Notes under the pieces: model-generated | Database searches by the model: none | Told to the model about the DNA's origin: nothing | Seen by the model: only the letters and a program-made list of their open reading frames with translations | In this document: positions 10,001-19,080 of the stretch, piece after piece | How the letters are laid out: each line of letters starts with the position of its first letter | How positions within the stretch are numbered: position 1 is the first letter of the stretch | Assembly (NCBI GenBank): GCA_965212015.1 | Contig: OZ243037.1 | Span: 1,632,001-1,696,000, forward strand | Length of the DNA: 64,000 nucleotides | Reading direction: 5' to 3' | From: Cenarchaeum sp. | GTDB taxonomy: Archaea > Thermoproteota > Nitrososphaeria > Nitrososphaerales > Nitrosopumilaceae | Translations under genes and position numbers: made by a program

Positions 10001-10437
10001 CCGGAAAAGAGTTCCCCGTCGAGGTGTTCATCGGGGTGGTATACTATCAGAAACTCCACCACATGGTGTCTGACAAGATTCATGCAAGGGCCAGGGGCCA
10101 GGTCCAGATGCTCACAAAGCAGCCCACCGAGGGAAGGGCCAGGGGAGGCGGACTGAGGTTCGGCGAAATGGAGCGGGACTGCCTTATTGCGTACGGTGCC
10201 TCGATGATACTCAAGGATCGCCTTTTAGACGAGTCTGACAAGTCTGAAATTTACGTGTGCGAACGGTGCGGCCTTGTTGCGTACCACGACGTCAAGCAGA
10301 GAAAGTACGTCTGCAGGGTGTGCGGCGACAAGGCAAAGGTGTCGTCAGTCTCTGTGGCCTATGCGTTCAAGCTGCTGCTACAAGAGATGCAGAGCCTCAA
10401 TGTCGCGCCGCGGCTCTTGATTAAGGAGAAGGTATAA
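7090..10437 (+). CDS. rpoB: DNA-directed RNA polymerase subunit B (Rpo2, unsplit)
   Basis: GDKFAARHGQKG and GGLRFGEMERD motifs; C-terminal Zn ribbon. Confidence 0.98.
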   Translation: MADPANKRWPIIQDILKREGIARQHLNSFDEFLERGLQSIIDEVGQIEIENAEYPYKIQLGKVKLQQPRMMELDGSITHITPAEGRLRNVSYSAPVMMEASVVEDGKTLESKSVHIGDIPTMIKSNACILHSFSTQKLIEHGEDPNDPGGYFIINGSERVIVGLEDLSYNKIIVDRETVGGNVVFKAKVYSSIVGYRAKLELVMKNDGLIVARIPGSPVDIPAVTLMRALGLESDKDIALSVSLNDGIQNELEGSFEKAGDVPTSKDAIVYISKRIAPGMLEEFQIKRAETLLDWGLLPHLGKHPENRKEKAQFLGEAACKLLELKLKWIYPDDKDHYGNKVIKFAGQMLADLFRTAFRNLVRDMKYQLERSGQKRGINAVAAAIRPGIVTDKLNNAIATGNWGRGRVGVTQLLDRTNYLSTISHLRRIQSPLSRTQPNFEARDLHATHFGRICPSETPEGSNCGLVKNLALSAIISVNVVSQEIVEKLYELGTVYFSEAKEDLKAVGTRIFVDGKLVGYYKDGENLAQVLRDLRRTSKIHPHVGISFHKPEVEGATKRLYVNCNAGRVLRPLIIIKDGRPLLTNELLDKISKKLLAWTDLLRMGIIELVDANEEENCYNTLDEKDTKKHTHLEIFPSAILGAGASIIPYPEHNQSPRNTYESAMAKQSLGFSTPMMNTSTYVRQHLMLYPQTPIVNTKAMNLLGLEDRPAGQNCIVAVLPFDGYNIEDAIVLSKASVDRGLARTFFYRIYDAEAKQYPGGMRDSFEIPNAEDNIRGYKGEKSYRLLEDDGVVAAESSVLGGDILIGKTSPPRFMEEYKEFESAGPYRRDTSIGVRPSETGVVDTVVMTKSSEGGKMYKIRVRDVRIPEIGDKFAARHGQKGVLGILAKCEDLPYTAEGISPDVLINPHAFPSRMTVGMFMESITGKAAALRASKFDGSAFVGEKMDEVREVMDASGFKYSGKEVMYDGRTGKEFPVEVFIGVVYYQKLHHMVSDKIHARARGQVQMLTKQPTEGRARGGGLRFGEMERDCLIAYGASMILKDRLLDESDKSEIYVCERCGLVAYHDVKQRKYVCRVCGDKAKVSSVSVAYAFKLLLQEMQSLNVAPRLLIKEKV

Positions 10438-13400
10438 TGTCGATTCAGACCATAAAATCAATTGACGCCATAAGGTTTTCCGTGTGGTCGCCGACTGAGA
10501 TTAGAAAGTATTCAGTCGCCGAAATCACCGCGCCAGAAACGTACGACGAGGACGGCATGCCAGTACAGGGGGGCCTGATGGACGGGAGGCTCGGGACACT
10601 CGAGCCGGGACAAAAGTGCCTCACGTGCGGAAACACGGCGGCCAGGTGTCCGGGGCATTTCGGACACATCGAGCTGGCAGAGCCGATACTGCACATTGCG
10701 TTTATCGACAACATACACAAGCTGCTGCTGGGAACGTGCCGCTCCTGCTCGAGGCTCAAGGTGCCGCAGGACGACCTCGAAGAGTTTACCAAGATCCGCA
10801 AGAGGGAGGCCGCATACACGATCGTCTCGCAAAAACGCATCCCCGAGCAGATACTGGAAAAGGCCAAAAAGGCAAAAGAGTGCCCTCACTGCGGCAAGAC
10901 GCAGCACGAGCTCATATTTACAAAGCCCACCATATTCATCGAAAAGACCAAAATCGGCGAGCATCGGCTCTTGCCAATCACGATAAGGGAGCGCTTTTCC
11001 CAGATTCTAGACGACGATCTGGTGCTGCTCGGATACGATCCTGCCACTGCCCGGCCGGAATGGTTCATCCTGCAGGCGCTGCCGGTTCCCCCGGTCACGG
11101 TGCGCCCCTCCATAATACTGGAGACGGGAATACGCTCAGAAGACGATCTGACGCACAAGATGGTAGACATTATACGCGTAAATCAGAGGCTCAAGGAGAG
11201 CAAGGAGGCAGGAACGCCGCCGCTTATCGTGCAGGATCTAGTCGATCTATTACAATATCATACCACCACCTATTTTGACAACGAGGTATCCGGAATCCCG
11301 CAGGCCCACCACCGTTCTGGCAGGCCGCTAAAGACCCTGACGCAGAGGCTAAAGGGCAAGGAGGGAAGGTTTAGGGGCTCGCTTTCAGGCAAGCGTGTGG
11401 ACTTTTCTAGCAGGACCGTGATATCGCCTGATCCGAACCTTGATCTCTCCGAGGTCGGGGTTCCCGAGACAGTCGCAATGAAGCTTACCATCCCGGAGAT
11501 AGTGACAGAATGGAACATTGAGAGGATGAAAAAACTGGTGGTAAACGGCCCTGACAACTATCCGGGGGTCAACTATATCGTAAGGCCCGACGGCGTAAAG
11601 ATAAGGCTGGACTTTGTCGAGGACAGATCGACTATCGCCGAGACGCTTGAAATCGGGTACCTCATTGAAAGGCACCTCCTAAACGGGGACATTGTCCTAT
11701 TCAACAGGCAGCCGTCGCTGCACCAAATGTCGATTATGGCGCACTATGTCCACGTGCTGCCCGGCAAGACCTTCAGGCTGCACCCGTCTGTGTGCCCCCC
11801 GTACAATGCCGACTTTGACGGCGACGAGATGAACCTGCACGTGCCGCAAAGCGAGGAGGCACGCGCAGAGGCGATCCTGCTCATGCGGGTCCAAGACCAG
11901 CTCATCTCGCCGAGGTACGGCGGCCCCATAATAGGGGGGCTCAGGGATTTCATCACCGGCTCGTACCTGCTTACAAAGGACGACACCACGCTTAGCAGGG
12001 AAGAGTTTGCAAACCTTGCGATGCTTGGCGGATACAACGGCGAGCTGCCAAAGCCTGCGGCAAAGGGCAAGGACACGTTCACCGGCAAGCAGCTCTTTTC
12101 GCTTTTCCTGCCCAAGGACTTTAACTATGTCATCACCTCAAAGTGGTCCAAGGGAATAGACGGAAGCACAAAGGACGTCGTAATCAAAAACGGCGAGCTG
12201 ATAAGCGGCGTGATTGACAAGTCCTCGATAGGCGCAGAGGAGCCCGAAAGCGTCCTGCACAGGATTGCCAAGGACTATGGCAATGCGCCTGCAAAAAAAT
12301 TCCTCAACTCGGTCCTGATCATTGCAAAACAGTTCATCACGCACTATGGGTTCAGCTACGGGTACGCGGATCTGGAGCTTCCAGAGGGGGCCCGGACGGG
12401 AATACTAGACGACATACAGAAAAGCTACGACACGGTGTTTGACCTCATATCGCAGGCAAAAAAGGGGACGCTAAAGCTCACCCGCGGCCTGGCAGCCGAC
12501 GAGGCGCTAGAGGCGTACATTGTAAATGAGCTCTCAAAGGCAAGGGACAAGGCCGGCAGCACGGCAGACCACTCTTTTGATCACACAAACGCTGGAAAAA
12601 TCATGGCCTCCACCGGGGCGCGGGGATCATCGCTTAACATAGGCCAGATGGCAGGCTCACTCGGCCAGCAGTCAAGGAGGGGGCAGCGGCTCCTAAAGGG
12701 CTACAACAACCGGGCACTGCCGCACTTTAAGGAGCACGACAACAATCCTGATGCGCACGGATTTGTAAAGTCCAACTATCGTGACGGCCTGTCGGCGCTA
12801 GAGTTTTTCTTTCACGCAATGGCCGGACGCGAGGGGCTAGTCGACACCGCAGTCAGGACGCAGCAGAGCGGGTACATGCAGCGCAGGCTGATAAACGCCC
12901 TTGAGCACATCAGGCTGGAATACGACAATACGGTTCGGGATCCCCACGGACACATTATACAGTTCCTTTATGGCGAGGACGGCATAGACGTGGCAAAAAG
13001 CGATCACGGGGAGGCCTTTAACGTGCACCGCCTCATCGAGTCGCAGACCATTGTCGATTCTGGCAAAAGGGCCACAAAGGAGGAAATTGCAGAGATTGCC
13101 AAAAAGTACACAAAGACGTTCAATCTCAGGCTGCGCGAGATGGTCGCCGACGCGCTAGCAGAGTGCAAGCTAAGCAAGGAGGGCGCCGAAAAGGTCGGAA
13201 GAAAGGGCCTCGATCTCTACAACAATGCCAAAGTCGAGCCCGGACAGGCAGTAGGAATAGTCACTGCGCAGTCAATCGGCGAGCCTGGCACCCAGATGAC
13301 ACTCAGGACGTTTCACTTTGCCGGAATCCGGGAGAGAAACGTCACGCTCGGACTTCCGAGGCTAATTGAGCTCGTCGATGCACGCAAGAAACCCACCACC

Positions 13401-14222
13401 CCCACCATGGACATATATCTTGACATGGACTCAAAGAGCTCGCGCGAGGAGGCGATCGCAGTCGCAAGAAACATACTGCAAACAAAGGTAAGCGCGCTGG
13501 TGGCGGACGCCGAGACGGACTATTCTACGGAGATAAGGCTCAACCTCAACCCGGACAGGCTGCGGGACAGGGGGTGCAGTGCAGAAGACGTGGAGGCGGT
13601 GCTCTCATCTAACAAGAAATTCAAGATCGAGTCGCACGGAAACCTGCTTGTACTCAGGCTGGTTGACGAGTCCGACGCGCCGAGCGTCATTACGATACGG
13701 AACAAGATCCTCAACACGACAGTCAAGGGCGTGCCGGACATCGAGCGGGTCACGCTGGTGCAAAAAGACGACGAGTGGGTGATACAGACTACCGGCTCGA
13801 ACCTGCCCAAGGTGCTTGCCGTAAAGGGAATAGACAGGAAAAACGTCCGGACAAACAACGTCTTTGAGATCGCAGGCACTCTGGGAATCGAGGCGGCAAG
13901 AAACTCCCTGATAAACGAGCTGAGATCCACGCTTGAGGACCAGGGCCTGGAGGTGGACGTGAGGTATATTATGCTGGTGGCAGACCTAATGTGCTCCCGG
14001 GGATACATGCAGCAGATAGGCCGCCACGGGATTGCCGGCACCAAGGACAGCGTGCTTGCGCGCGCCGCCTTTGAGATTACCGTTCCCACGATTGCGCGCG
14101 CCGCACTAGGCGGCGAGATTGAGCGGCTAAAGGGGGTCACAGAAAACGTCATTGTGGGAAGCAACATACCTATTGGCAGCGGCACAGTGGACCTGTACAT
14201 GCAGGTCGCCAAAAAGATCTAG
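10437..14222 (+). CDS. rpoA: DNA-directed RNA polymerase subunit A (fused A'+A'', Rpo1)
   Basis: NADFDGD active site and AQSIGEPGTQMTLRTFH in a single ORF. Confidence 0.98.
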   Translation: MSIQTIKSIDAIRFSVWSPTEIRKYSVAEITAPETYDEDGMPVQGGLMDGRLGTLEPGQKCLTCGNTAARCPGHFGHIELAEPILHIAFIDNIHKLLLGTCRSCSRLKVPQDDLEEFTKIRKREAAYTIVSQKRIPEQILEKAKKAKECPHCGKTQHELIFTKPTIFIEKTKIGEHRLLPITIRERFSQILDDDLVLLGYDPATARPEWFILQALPVPPVTVRPSIILETGIRSEDDLTHKMVDIIRVNQRLKESKEAGTPPLIVQDLVDLLQYHTTTYFDNEVSGIPQAHHRSGRPLKTLTQRLKGKEGRFRGSLSGKRVDFSSRTVISPDPNLDLSEVGVPETVAMKLTIPEIVTEWNIERMKKLVVNGPDNYPGVNYIVRPDGVKIRLDFVEDRSTIAETLEIGYLIERHLLNGDIVLFNRQPSLHQMSIMAHYVHVLPGKTFRLHPSVCPPYNADFDGDEMNLHVPQSEEARAEAILLMRVQDQLISPRYGGPIIGGLRDFITGSYLLTKDDTTLSREEFANLAMLGGYNGELPKPAAKGKDTFTGKQLFSLFLPKDFNYVITSKWSKGIDGSTKDVVIKNGELISGVIDKSSIGAEEPESVLHRIAKDYGNAPAKKFLNSVLIIAKQFITHYGFSYGYADLELPEGARTGILDDIQKSYDTVFDLISQAKKGTLKLTRGLAADEALEAYIVNELSKARDKAGSTADHSFDHTNAGKIMASTGARGSSLNIGQMAGSLGQQSRRGQRLLKGYNNRALPHFKEHDNNPDAHGFVKSNYRDGLSALEFFFHAMAGREGLVDTAVRTQQSGYMQRRLINALEHIRLEYDNTVRDPHGHIIQFLYGEDGIDVAKSDHGEAFNVHRLIESQTIVDSGKRATKEEIAEIAKKYTKTFNLRLREMVADALAECKLSKEGAEKVGRKGLDLYNNAKVEPGQAVGIVTAQSIGEPGTQMTLRTFHFAGIRERNVTLGLPRLIELVDARKKPTTPTMDIYLDMDSKSSREEAIAVARNILQTKVSALVADAETDYSTEIRLNLNPDRLRDRGCSAEDVEAVLSSNKKFKIESHGNLLVLRLVDESDAPSVITIRNKILNTTVKGVPDIERVTLVQKDDEWVIQTTGSNLPKVLAVKGIDRKNVRTNNVFEIAGTLGIEAARNSLINELRSTLEDQGLEVDVRYIMLVADLMCSRGYMQQIGRHGIAGTKDSVLARAAFEITVPTIARAALGGEIERLKGVTENVIVGSNIPIGSGTVDLYMQVAKKI

Positions 14223-14251
14223 CCGCAGCGGCCGCGCATTGCCGGTGCTCA

Positions 14252-14315
14252 TTGTAATCGGTTAGGTCTGGTGCCTGTTGATCCAAAGATCCCTCTTGAA
14301 CCTAACCTATTACGA
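14252..14315 (+). repeat. Palindromic dispersed mini-element, copy 1 (MITE/REP-like)
   Basis: 45-bp core 14261-14305 is identical to the reverse complement of 45367-45411; 16/18 terminal inverted repeat; TGCTCA direct repeat on both sides. Confidence 0.85.
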
Positions 14316-14366
14316 TGCTCATTGCAATAAACGTATAAATCCCCGATGGCAGGATGACAGGTACGC

Positions 14367-14669
14367 ATGAGCAAACTACTAGAAAAGACGCTAAAAGACG
14401 CGCTAAAGGAGGACAGCTGCACACTGGGCACAAAGCAGACCCTCGGATCCCTCGGGGATTCAAAACTGATCATAGTCTCGCAGTCCGTACTGCAAAAGCA
14501 CTCGCAAAAAATCCAGGATGCCAAAATACCCACGATTCAATTCAGGGGATCATCTGTGGCCCTGGGACGGCTCTGCGGGCTGCAATTCCGGGTCGGCGCA
14601 CTGTCGCTTAGCTCCATAACTGACGCCAATATCAAATCCATCATAAACGAGAATGAAAGCCAAAAATGA
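14367..14669 (+). CDS. rpl30e: 50S ribosomal protein L30e
   Basis: L7Ae/L30e pattern (LGTKQ..KLII..SVALGRLCG); position before nusA. Confidence 0.9.
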   Translation: MSKLLEKTLKDALKEDSCTLGTKQTLGSLGDSKLIIVSQSVLQKHSQKIQDAKIPTIQFRGSSVALGRLCGLQFRVGALSLSSITDANIKSIINENESQK

Positions 14670-14746
14670 GTGAAATAGCACGGTGTAGCATGTTTTGTGA
14701 AAGTTTAAATGACGTTGATCGGGTTTTGAGGTAAAAAGGATCTTCT

Positions 14747-15211
14747 ATGGCTCATGCAATCAAACTATCAACTGATCAAATGCGGTTAATGTCGCTGTTC
14801 CAGAACGTCACGCACGCTACTGCAAAGGACTGCATAGAGGACGAAAAGCAAGACCGCGTCATCTTTGTAGTCGATAACGGCAGCATGGGCCTTGCAATCG
14901 GCAAGGGGGGCTCCAACATCAAGTCGATGCAAAGCATAATCAAGAAAAACGTAGAGCTGGTCGAATACGACGATGATCCGGCCAAATTCCTCAAAAATGT
15001 GCTAAATTCCAAGCTTATTACGGAAGTAAAATTAAATAAAAGAGACGACGGGTCGTTACAGGCGATAGTTGTGGTTGATCAGGGAAAGAAGGGAATCGTA
15101 GTCGGAAGGGAGGGGCGCAATGCAGAAAAGGCGCGTCTCTTGGCCAGAAGGTATTTTGGCATTACAAGCGTCCTTATCAACAACCCAGAGCGCACAATGA
15201 TGGAGTGGTAG
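14747..15211 (+). CDS. nusA: Archaeal NusA (KH domains)
   Basis: GLAIGKGG and [10 protein letters not shown] motifs. Confidence 0.93.
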   Translation: MAHAIKLSTDQMRLMSLFQNVTHATAKDCIEDEKQDRVIFVVDNGSMGLAIGKGGSNIKSMQSIIKKNVELVEYDDDPAKFLKNVLNSKLITEVKLNKRDDGSLQAIVVVDQGKKGIVVGREGRNAEKARLLARRYFGITSVLINNPERTMMEW

Positions 15212-15213
15212 GA

Positions 15214-15651
15214 ATGGCAAAATCACCCCTCGGATTATTTGCAGGACGCGTTCTCAAGGCGAAAAAGAAAAAGCAGCGCTGGTCGATATCGACCTACAAG
15301 CGCAGGGAGCTCGGACTGGACAGGAAATCAAACCCGTTTGGAGGCGCCCCGCAGGCAAGGGGGATTGTCCTCGAAAAGGTGGGCGTTGAGGCAAAGCAGC
15401 CAAACTCTGCGGTGCGAAAGTGCGTCAGGGTCCAGCTAATCAAGAACGGCAAGTCCGTCACTGCGTTTCTTCCGCGTGACGGGGCGATGAACTTTATCGA
15501 CGAGCACGACGAGGTGCACCTGGAGGGCATGGGTGCAACGCAGGGCGGCGCGATGGGGGACATTCCGGGTGTGAGATTCAAGGTATTCAAGGTAAACGGC
15601 ACGTCGTTGCACGAGCTGGTGATAGGTAAAAAGGAAAAGCCGAGGAGATAA
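15214..15651 (+). CDS. rps12: 30S ribosomal protein S12
   Basis: KQPNSAVRK and GDIPGVRF motifs. Confidence 0.97.
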   Translation: MAKSPLGLFAGRVLKAKKKKQRWSISTYKRRELGLDRKSNPFGGAPQARGIVLEKVGVEAKQPNSAVRKCVRVQLIKNGKSVTAFLPRDGAMNFIDEHDEVHLEGMGATQGGAMGDIPGVRFKVFKVNGTSLHELVIGKKEKPRR

Positions 15652-15652
15652 G

Positions 15653-16252
15653 ATGGCACAGACACAAAACATGCTATTGTTCAGACGATGGGACCTCACC
15701 GACATTGAAATCCGCGATCCCGGCCTAAAGACTGCAATCTCGCTGCGAAAGATGATCCTGCCGTACACGTACGGCCGCTCCGCGCTAAAAAGATTCAACA
15801 AGGCAGACGTCAACATAGTAGAGCGGCTCTCAAACAAGCTGATGCATTTTGGCAAAAAGTACGCAAAAAACACCGGGCGCATGACTGGCAAAAAGATGAA
15901 CATTATGAATACAGTAAAGGCGTCCTTTGAGATGATACACCTAAAGACCGGAAAAAACCCCGCAGAAATCCTGGTACGCGCCATAGAAAACTCGGCGCCA
16001 AACGAGGACACCACCAGAATAGTCTACGGGGGCACGGTATACCACGTCTCTGTCGACGTGGCGCCGATACGGCGCGTTGATCTGGCGCTGCGCTTTATCG
16101 CCGACGGGGTAAAGGAGGCCACGTTCTCAAACCCAAAGGCCATGGAGGAATACCTTGCAGACCACCTTATCCTGGCCGCATCCAACGATCAGAGCGCGCC
16201 TTCGGTCAAGAAAAAGCACGAGCTGGAGCGCATCGCTCAGGCGTCACGGTAA
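15653..16252 (+). CDS. rps7: 30S ribosomal protein S7
   Basis: IVERL..KLM and ELERIAQASR motifs. Confidence 0.97.
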   Translation: MAQTQNMLLFRRWDLTDIEIRDPGLKTAISLRKMILPYTYGRSALKRFNKADVNIVERLSNKLMHFGKKYAKNTGRMTGKKMNIMNTVKASFEMIHLKTGKNPAEILVRAIENSAPNEDTTRIVYGGTVYHVSVDVAPIRRVDLALRFIADGVKEATFSNPKAMEEYLADHLILAASNDQSAPSVKKKHELERIAQASR

Positions 16253-16255
16253 AAG

Positions 16256-16359
16256 TAGCCCGAGGCAGATTCGAACTGCCGTCCCCGCGTATCTACTCTT
16301 GAGATCCAGAGCGCGGAATCCTTGACCCCAAATCAGTTTGGCCGCTAGACTATCGGGCT
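16256..16359 (-). tRNA. tRNA-Gln(CTG) with two introns (16322-16337 in the D-arm; 16290-16304 in the anticodon loop)
   Basis: AGCCCGA/TCGGGCT acceptor stem, CCGCG/CGCGG anticodon stem, GTTCGAATC T-loop; removing 16+15 nt gives a 73-nt cloverleaf. Confidence 0.92.
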
Positions 16360-16434
16360 ACTGCACAAAGTATGCCGGACTAGGATTTAGGTATTGAGTT
16401 TTGGCGCACTCGGCCCGATACCGGACACCAGGTC

Positions 16435-16770
16435 TCATCCGATCTGCATCTCGTGTGCCGCAGTGGAATAGTCGCACTGTGCCCCGAGTCTCATGTATGG
16501 AATCAGCCTGAAATGAATCCCGTAAATGCTGTTCTCCTTGTATATGATTCCCTTTTGCAGCAGGGAGGCAAGGCCGCGCGAGATCTTCATAATGTCGACG
16601 CCGTGCGATGCGCAAACCTCGTCGCGCTTTTTTTGGTACTGAATCTGGGTAAATACCGTGTCGTCAAGTTCCAGAACAAGCGGCCATACGATCTGTTTCC
16701 ATACGAACCGCCTGTTTTCCGTGGCCGATGCGTGCTTGCCCTTGTCGCCCAATACCGGCATGTCGCACAA
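16435..16770 (-). CDS. Hypothetical protein, possibly winged-helix-like
   Basis: 111-aa ORF with a ISRGLASLLQKGIIYKENSIYGIH helix-wing pattern. Confidence 0.65.
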   Translation of the reverse strand: MCDMPVLGDKGKHASATENRRFVWKQIVWPLVLELDDTVFTQIQYQKKRDEVCASHGVDIMKISRGLASLLQKGIIYKENSIYGIHFRLIPYMRLGAQCDYSTAAHEMQIG

Positions 16771-16797
16771 TAAGGTTATAACTCAATAATCCCGCCA

Positions 16798-17115
16798 ATG
16801 CGGCCGGGACTCGGCCTTGATGTGGCAGAACGCGCCTATCTTGGGTATTATAATGCGGCAGACGACGGCCTGCCAAGCTTCTGGCTTGACCTGGGCATTG
16901 TGGGCAGTTACATCTCTCTTTTTATCAGGAATAGTCTGGCGCCTGCGGCGGTATTTGTCTGGCTGTTCATACTGTACACAAAGGCAGTGATGGTGACATG
17001 CGGGTTTGGGGGCGGGAAATCACTTGCAATAATGGCAATATCGATATTGGCGTATTATCCCGCCGGCATGGCGATTGGAATCCTGTCACAGGTTTTGCAT
17101 GAAATTACAATGTGA
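16798..17115 (+). CDS. Small membrane protein, possibly an N-truncated remnant
   Basis: 105-aa ORF with 2-3 hydrophobic segments. Confidence 0.45.
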   Translation: MRPGLGLDVAERAYLGYYNAADDGLPSFWLDLGIVGSYISLFIRNSLAPAAVFVWLFILYTKAVMVTCGFGGGKSLAIMAISILAYYPAGMAIGILSQVLHEITM

Positions 17116-17160
17116 GCCGGCAGGTGGCACGCAGGACCATGGATGTAAAAATGCACCGTA

Positions 17161-17970
17161 TTACCCTTCAATGTTCCAGTCGTATTTGTAATCATAAAGG
17201 GTGACAGAGTTTACAATGCCTGAAAATGCGGGGTCGTCTACCAGAATGTCGTTATTGTACATGTTTTGTGTCTTGTAATTCCCCCTTATCAGCCAGGTCT
17301 CGTGGAGCTCCAAAAGATCGATTGTTATTGCTATGTACTGCCATTCATATGACCAACTCCGTTCTTTTGCCACAAATTTGGTAATCATTACGTCTCTGCC
17401 GTCAATCGTTACGCTCTTGTCGTATTCTGAGATTACCGCGCATTCTATATCGGTAACCCACTCGTTGCATACGTCATGCTGCAGTTTCAAATATTCGGTG
17501 CTGTTGACTGGAAGCGTGTCGATTACAATGTGCGAGAATTCGTAACGGATGCGGTTCTCTGCCGGATCGTATCCCCATGTATGCGGCGGGTCTGCAGGCG
17601 CGTGCGACTCCTTGATGTGGATTTCCCTGTGGGCGTCATCCTGCACAAAGTCAGGCCAGGTTGCATTTATCCCATACGGGTTTCTTAGCACCAGCCGCGT
17701 GTTTGAATCTACGTCCTTTGCGGCCATGTGATCGGGCAGCACGATGCCGAGCTTGTCCTGTGCGGGATCCCACGGCTCGTCGGCGGGGACGGTCCATCCC
17801 CTGCCTTGCAATACCTGTAGCGTATCATCAAAGACGCAGGCCAGCCTTCCGTTTGGCGATGCGATCAAATTGTGCACCTCGCCGCACTGCATGTCATGCA
17901 GCGCATAGGCGCCGGACACTAGCACGCATGAGGCCAGCGCAAAAAGCGCCAACAACTGCGTGCCTGCCAT
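17161..17970 (-). CDS. Secreted hypothetical protein with an N-terminal C-x14-C...RGW module
   Basis: Signal peptide; CGEVHNLIASPNGRLACV..LQGRGW. Confidence 0.75.
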   Translation of the reverse strand: MAGTQLLALFALASCVLVSGAYALHDMQCGEVHNLIASPNGRLACVFDDTLQVLQGRGWTVPADEPWDPAQDKLGIVLPDHMAAKDVDSNTRLVLRNPYGINATWPDFVQDDAHREIHIKESHAPADPPHTWGYDPAENRIRYEFSHIVIDTLPVNSTEYLKLQHDVCNEWVTDIECAVISEYDKSVTIDGRDVMITKFVAKERSWSYEWQYIAITIDLLELHETWLIRGNYKTQNMYNNDILVDDPAFSGIVNSVTLYDYKYDWNIEG

Positions 17971-18133
17971 GGTTTTTTAGCTGACATCAGGGTATTAAAC
18001 CAGTTTTATGGCGCGCCGGGGCGGGCCTACAAAACACGGCTTTGGCATGCAGTGCCAGCCGTGCCCGGGATGCCGCACCTGCGGATTTGCGCGGATTAAA
18101 CCGATAAATAGCAAACCTGCCACACACGTATAG

Positions 18134-18835
18134 TTGTCCCAAAAGGAAATCCAGGAATCCCTTGAGCTTTTGGAGAAGGACTGGGACATTGATCCCGTCC
18201 TGAAGGATTTCATGCTGCAAAAAATCCGGAATGTCTCTGATTATATAATGAGGGTGGGTGATGTCACGTTCCACATACCGTACATTCCCGGACAGAAAAA
18301 ATACGTCCTGTGGAAGTGCTTTTGGCCTGACTGCCACAACTGCTGCGACAGGCAGGGAAGGCTGCCGCTTACGTCCGACGATCTGATTACCATCGGCGGC
18401 GGCCTAAAGTACAATAAAGTCTCGGATTTCGTCAAAAACGAGACGCTCACTGCCACCTGGCGGGAATCCGGCCCCGGCGGGGACGTTACCATGACTATGA
18501 TCAACCTAAAGCGAAAAAAGGACGAGACAGAGGCAGACGACGGGACGCACATCTCGTGCCGGTTCCTCGACAAGGAGGGCGGGTGCAGCATGCATCCGGA
18601 CAGGCCAGGCGTGTGTTATCTCTATCCGTTCTCCACGTGGCTTGAAAACGAAAAGGGGGCGGCGCGCGTACATGCGTCGTACCAGTTTACCGGCGACTGT
18701 CCGGGATTCTATCTGGCAGACGATCCCGGGCAGATGAAAAAGGAGCTTGACGAATACTCGAAAACAATCTATGACTATAACATGAAGTCATCCCGCACAA
18801 TGCGCGAGTGCCTCGGCTCTGCTAGCTTTATCTAG
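18134..18835 (+). CDS. YkgJ/UPF0153 cysteine-cluster protein
   Basis: C..C..CC and CRFL..C.MH..RP..C.LYPF motifs. Confidence 0.85.
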   Translation: MSQKEIQESLELLEKDWDIDPVLKDFMLQKIRNVSDYIMRVGDVTFHIPYIPGQKKYVLWKCFWPDCHNCCDRQGRLPLTSDDLITIGGGLKYNKVSDFVKNETLTATWRESGPGGDVTMTMINLKRKKDETEADDGTHISCRFLDKEGGCSMHPDRPGVCYLYPFSTWLENEKGAARVHASYQFTGDCPGFYLADDPGQMKKELDEYSKTIYDYNMKSSRTMRECLGSASFI

Positions 18836-19028
18836 TCCTTTTCCTGTCCCTGCACACCCCGCAAAGATAGCCGCTTTTAAAACCCGATATTTTCTCCTCG
18901 AACTCGGATGAATTGACAAACTCCTCAGATGCCCTCATGCCGCCGGGAACCCTTTTTTTGCAGCTAGAACAGTGCAGCTCTATCTCAAACCGGACGGTTT
19001 TCTTGTTTTTAACGTCACCAATGATCAA
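18828..19028 (-). CDS. Small Zn-ribbon protein
   Basis: CSSC and CGVC pairs in 66 aa. Confidence 0.65.
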   Translation of the reverse strand: MIIGDVKNKKTVRFEIELHCSSCKKRVPGGMRASEEFVNSSEFEEKISGFKSGYLCGVCRDRKRTR

Positions 19029-19080
19029 CTGTTCTGGTATGCCGGGGCCGTTTTTTTAAATTTACCGCACAAGATGCGTC

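Noticed and set aside
10437-14222. Fused rpoA as a novelty
   Set aside because: Established feature of this archaeal lineage
14261-14306. Integron attC site (GTTAGGT ... ACCTAAC match GTTRRRY and RYYYAAC)
   Set aside because: The order is reversed relative to attC (RYYYAAC first, GTTRRRY last); no integrase or cassette array
14249-14533. dUTPase motif-V-like peptide RGIFGSTG in ORFs crossing the mini-element
   Set aside because: No other dUTPase motifs; the ORFs are antisense or intergenic read-throughs of the repeat
18036-18063. GC-rich intergenic hairpin as an ncRNA
   Set aside because: Short, single copy and expected by chance at this GC content
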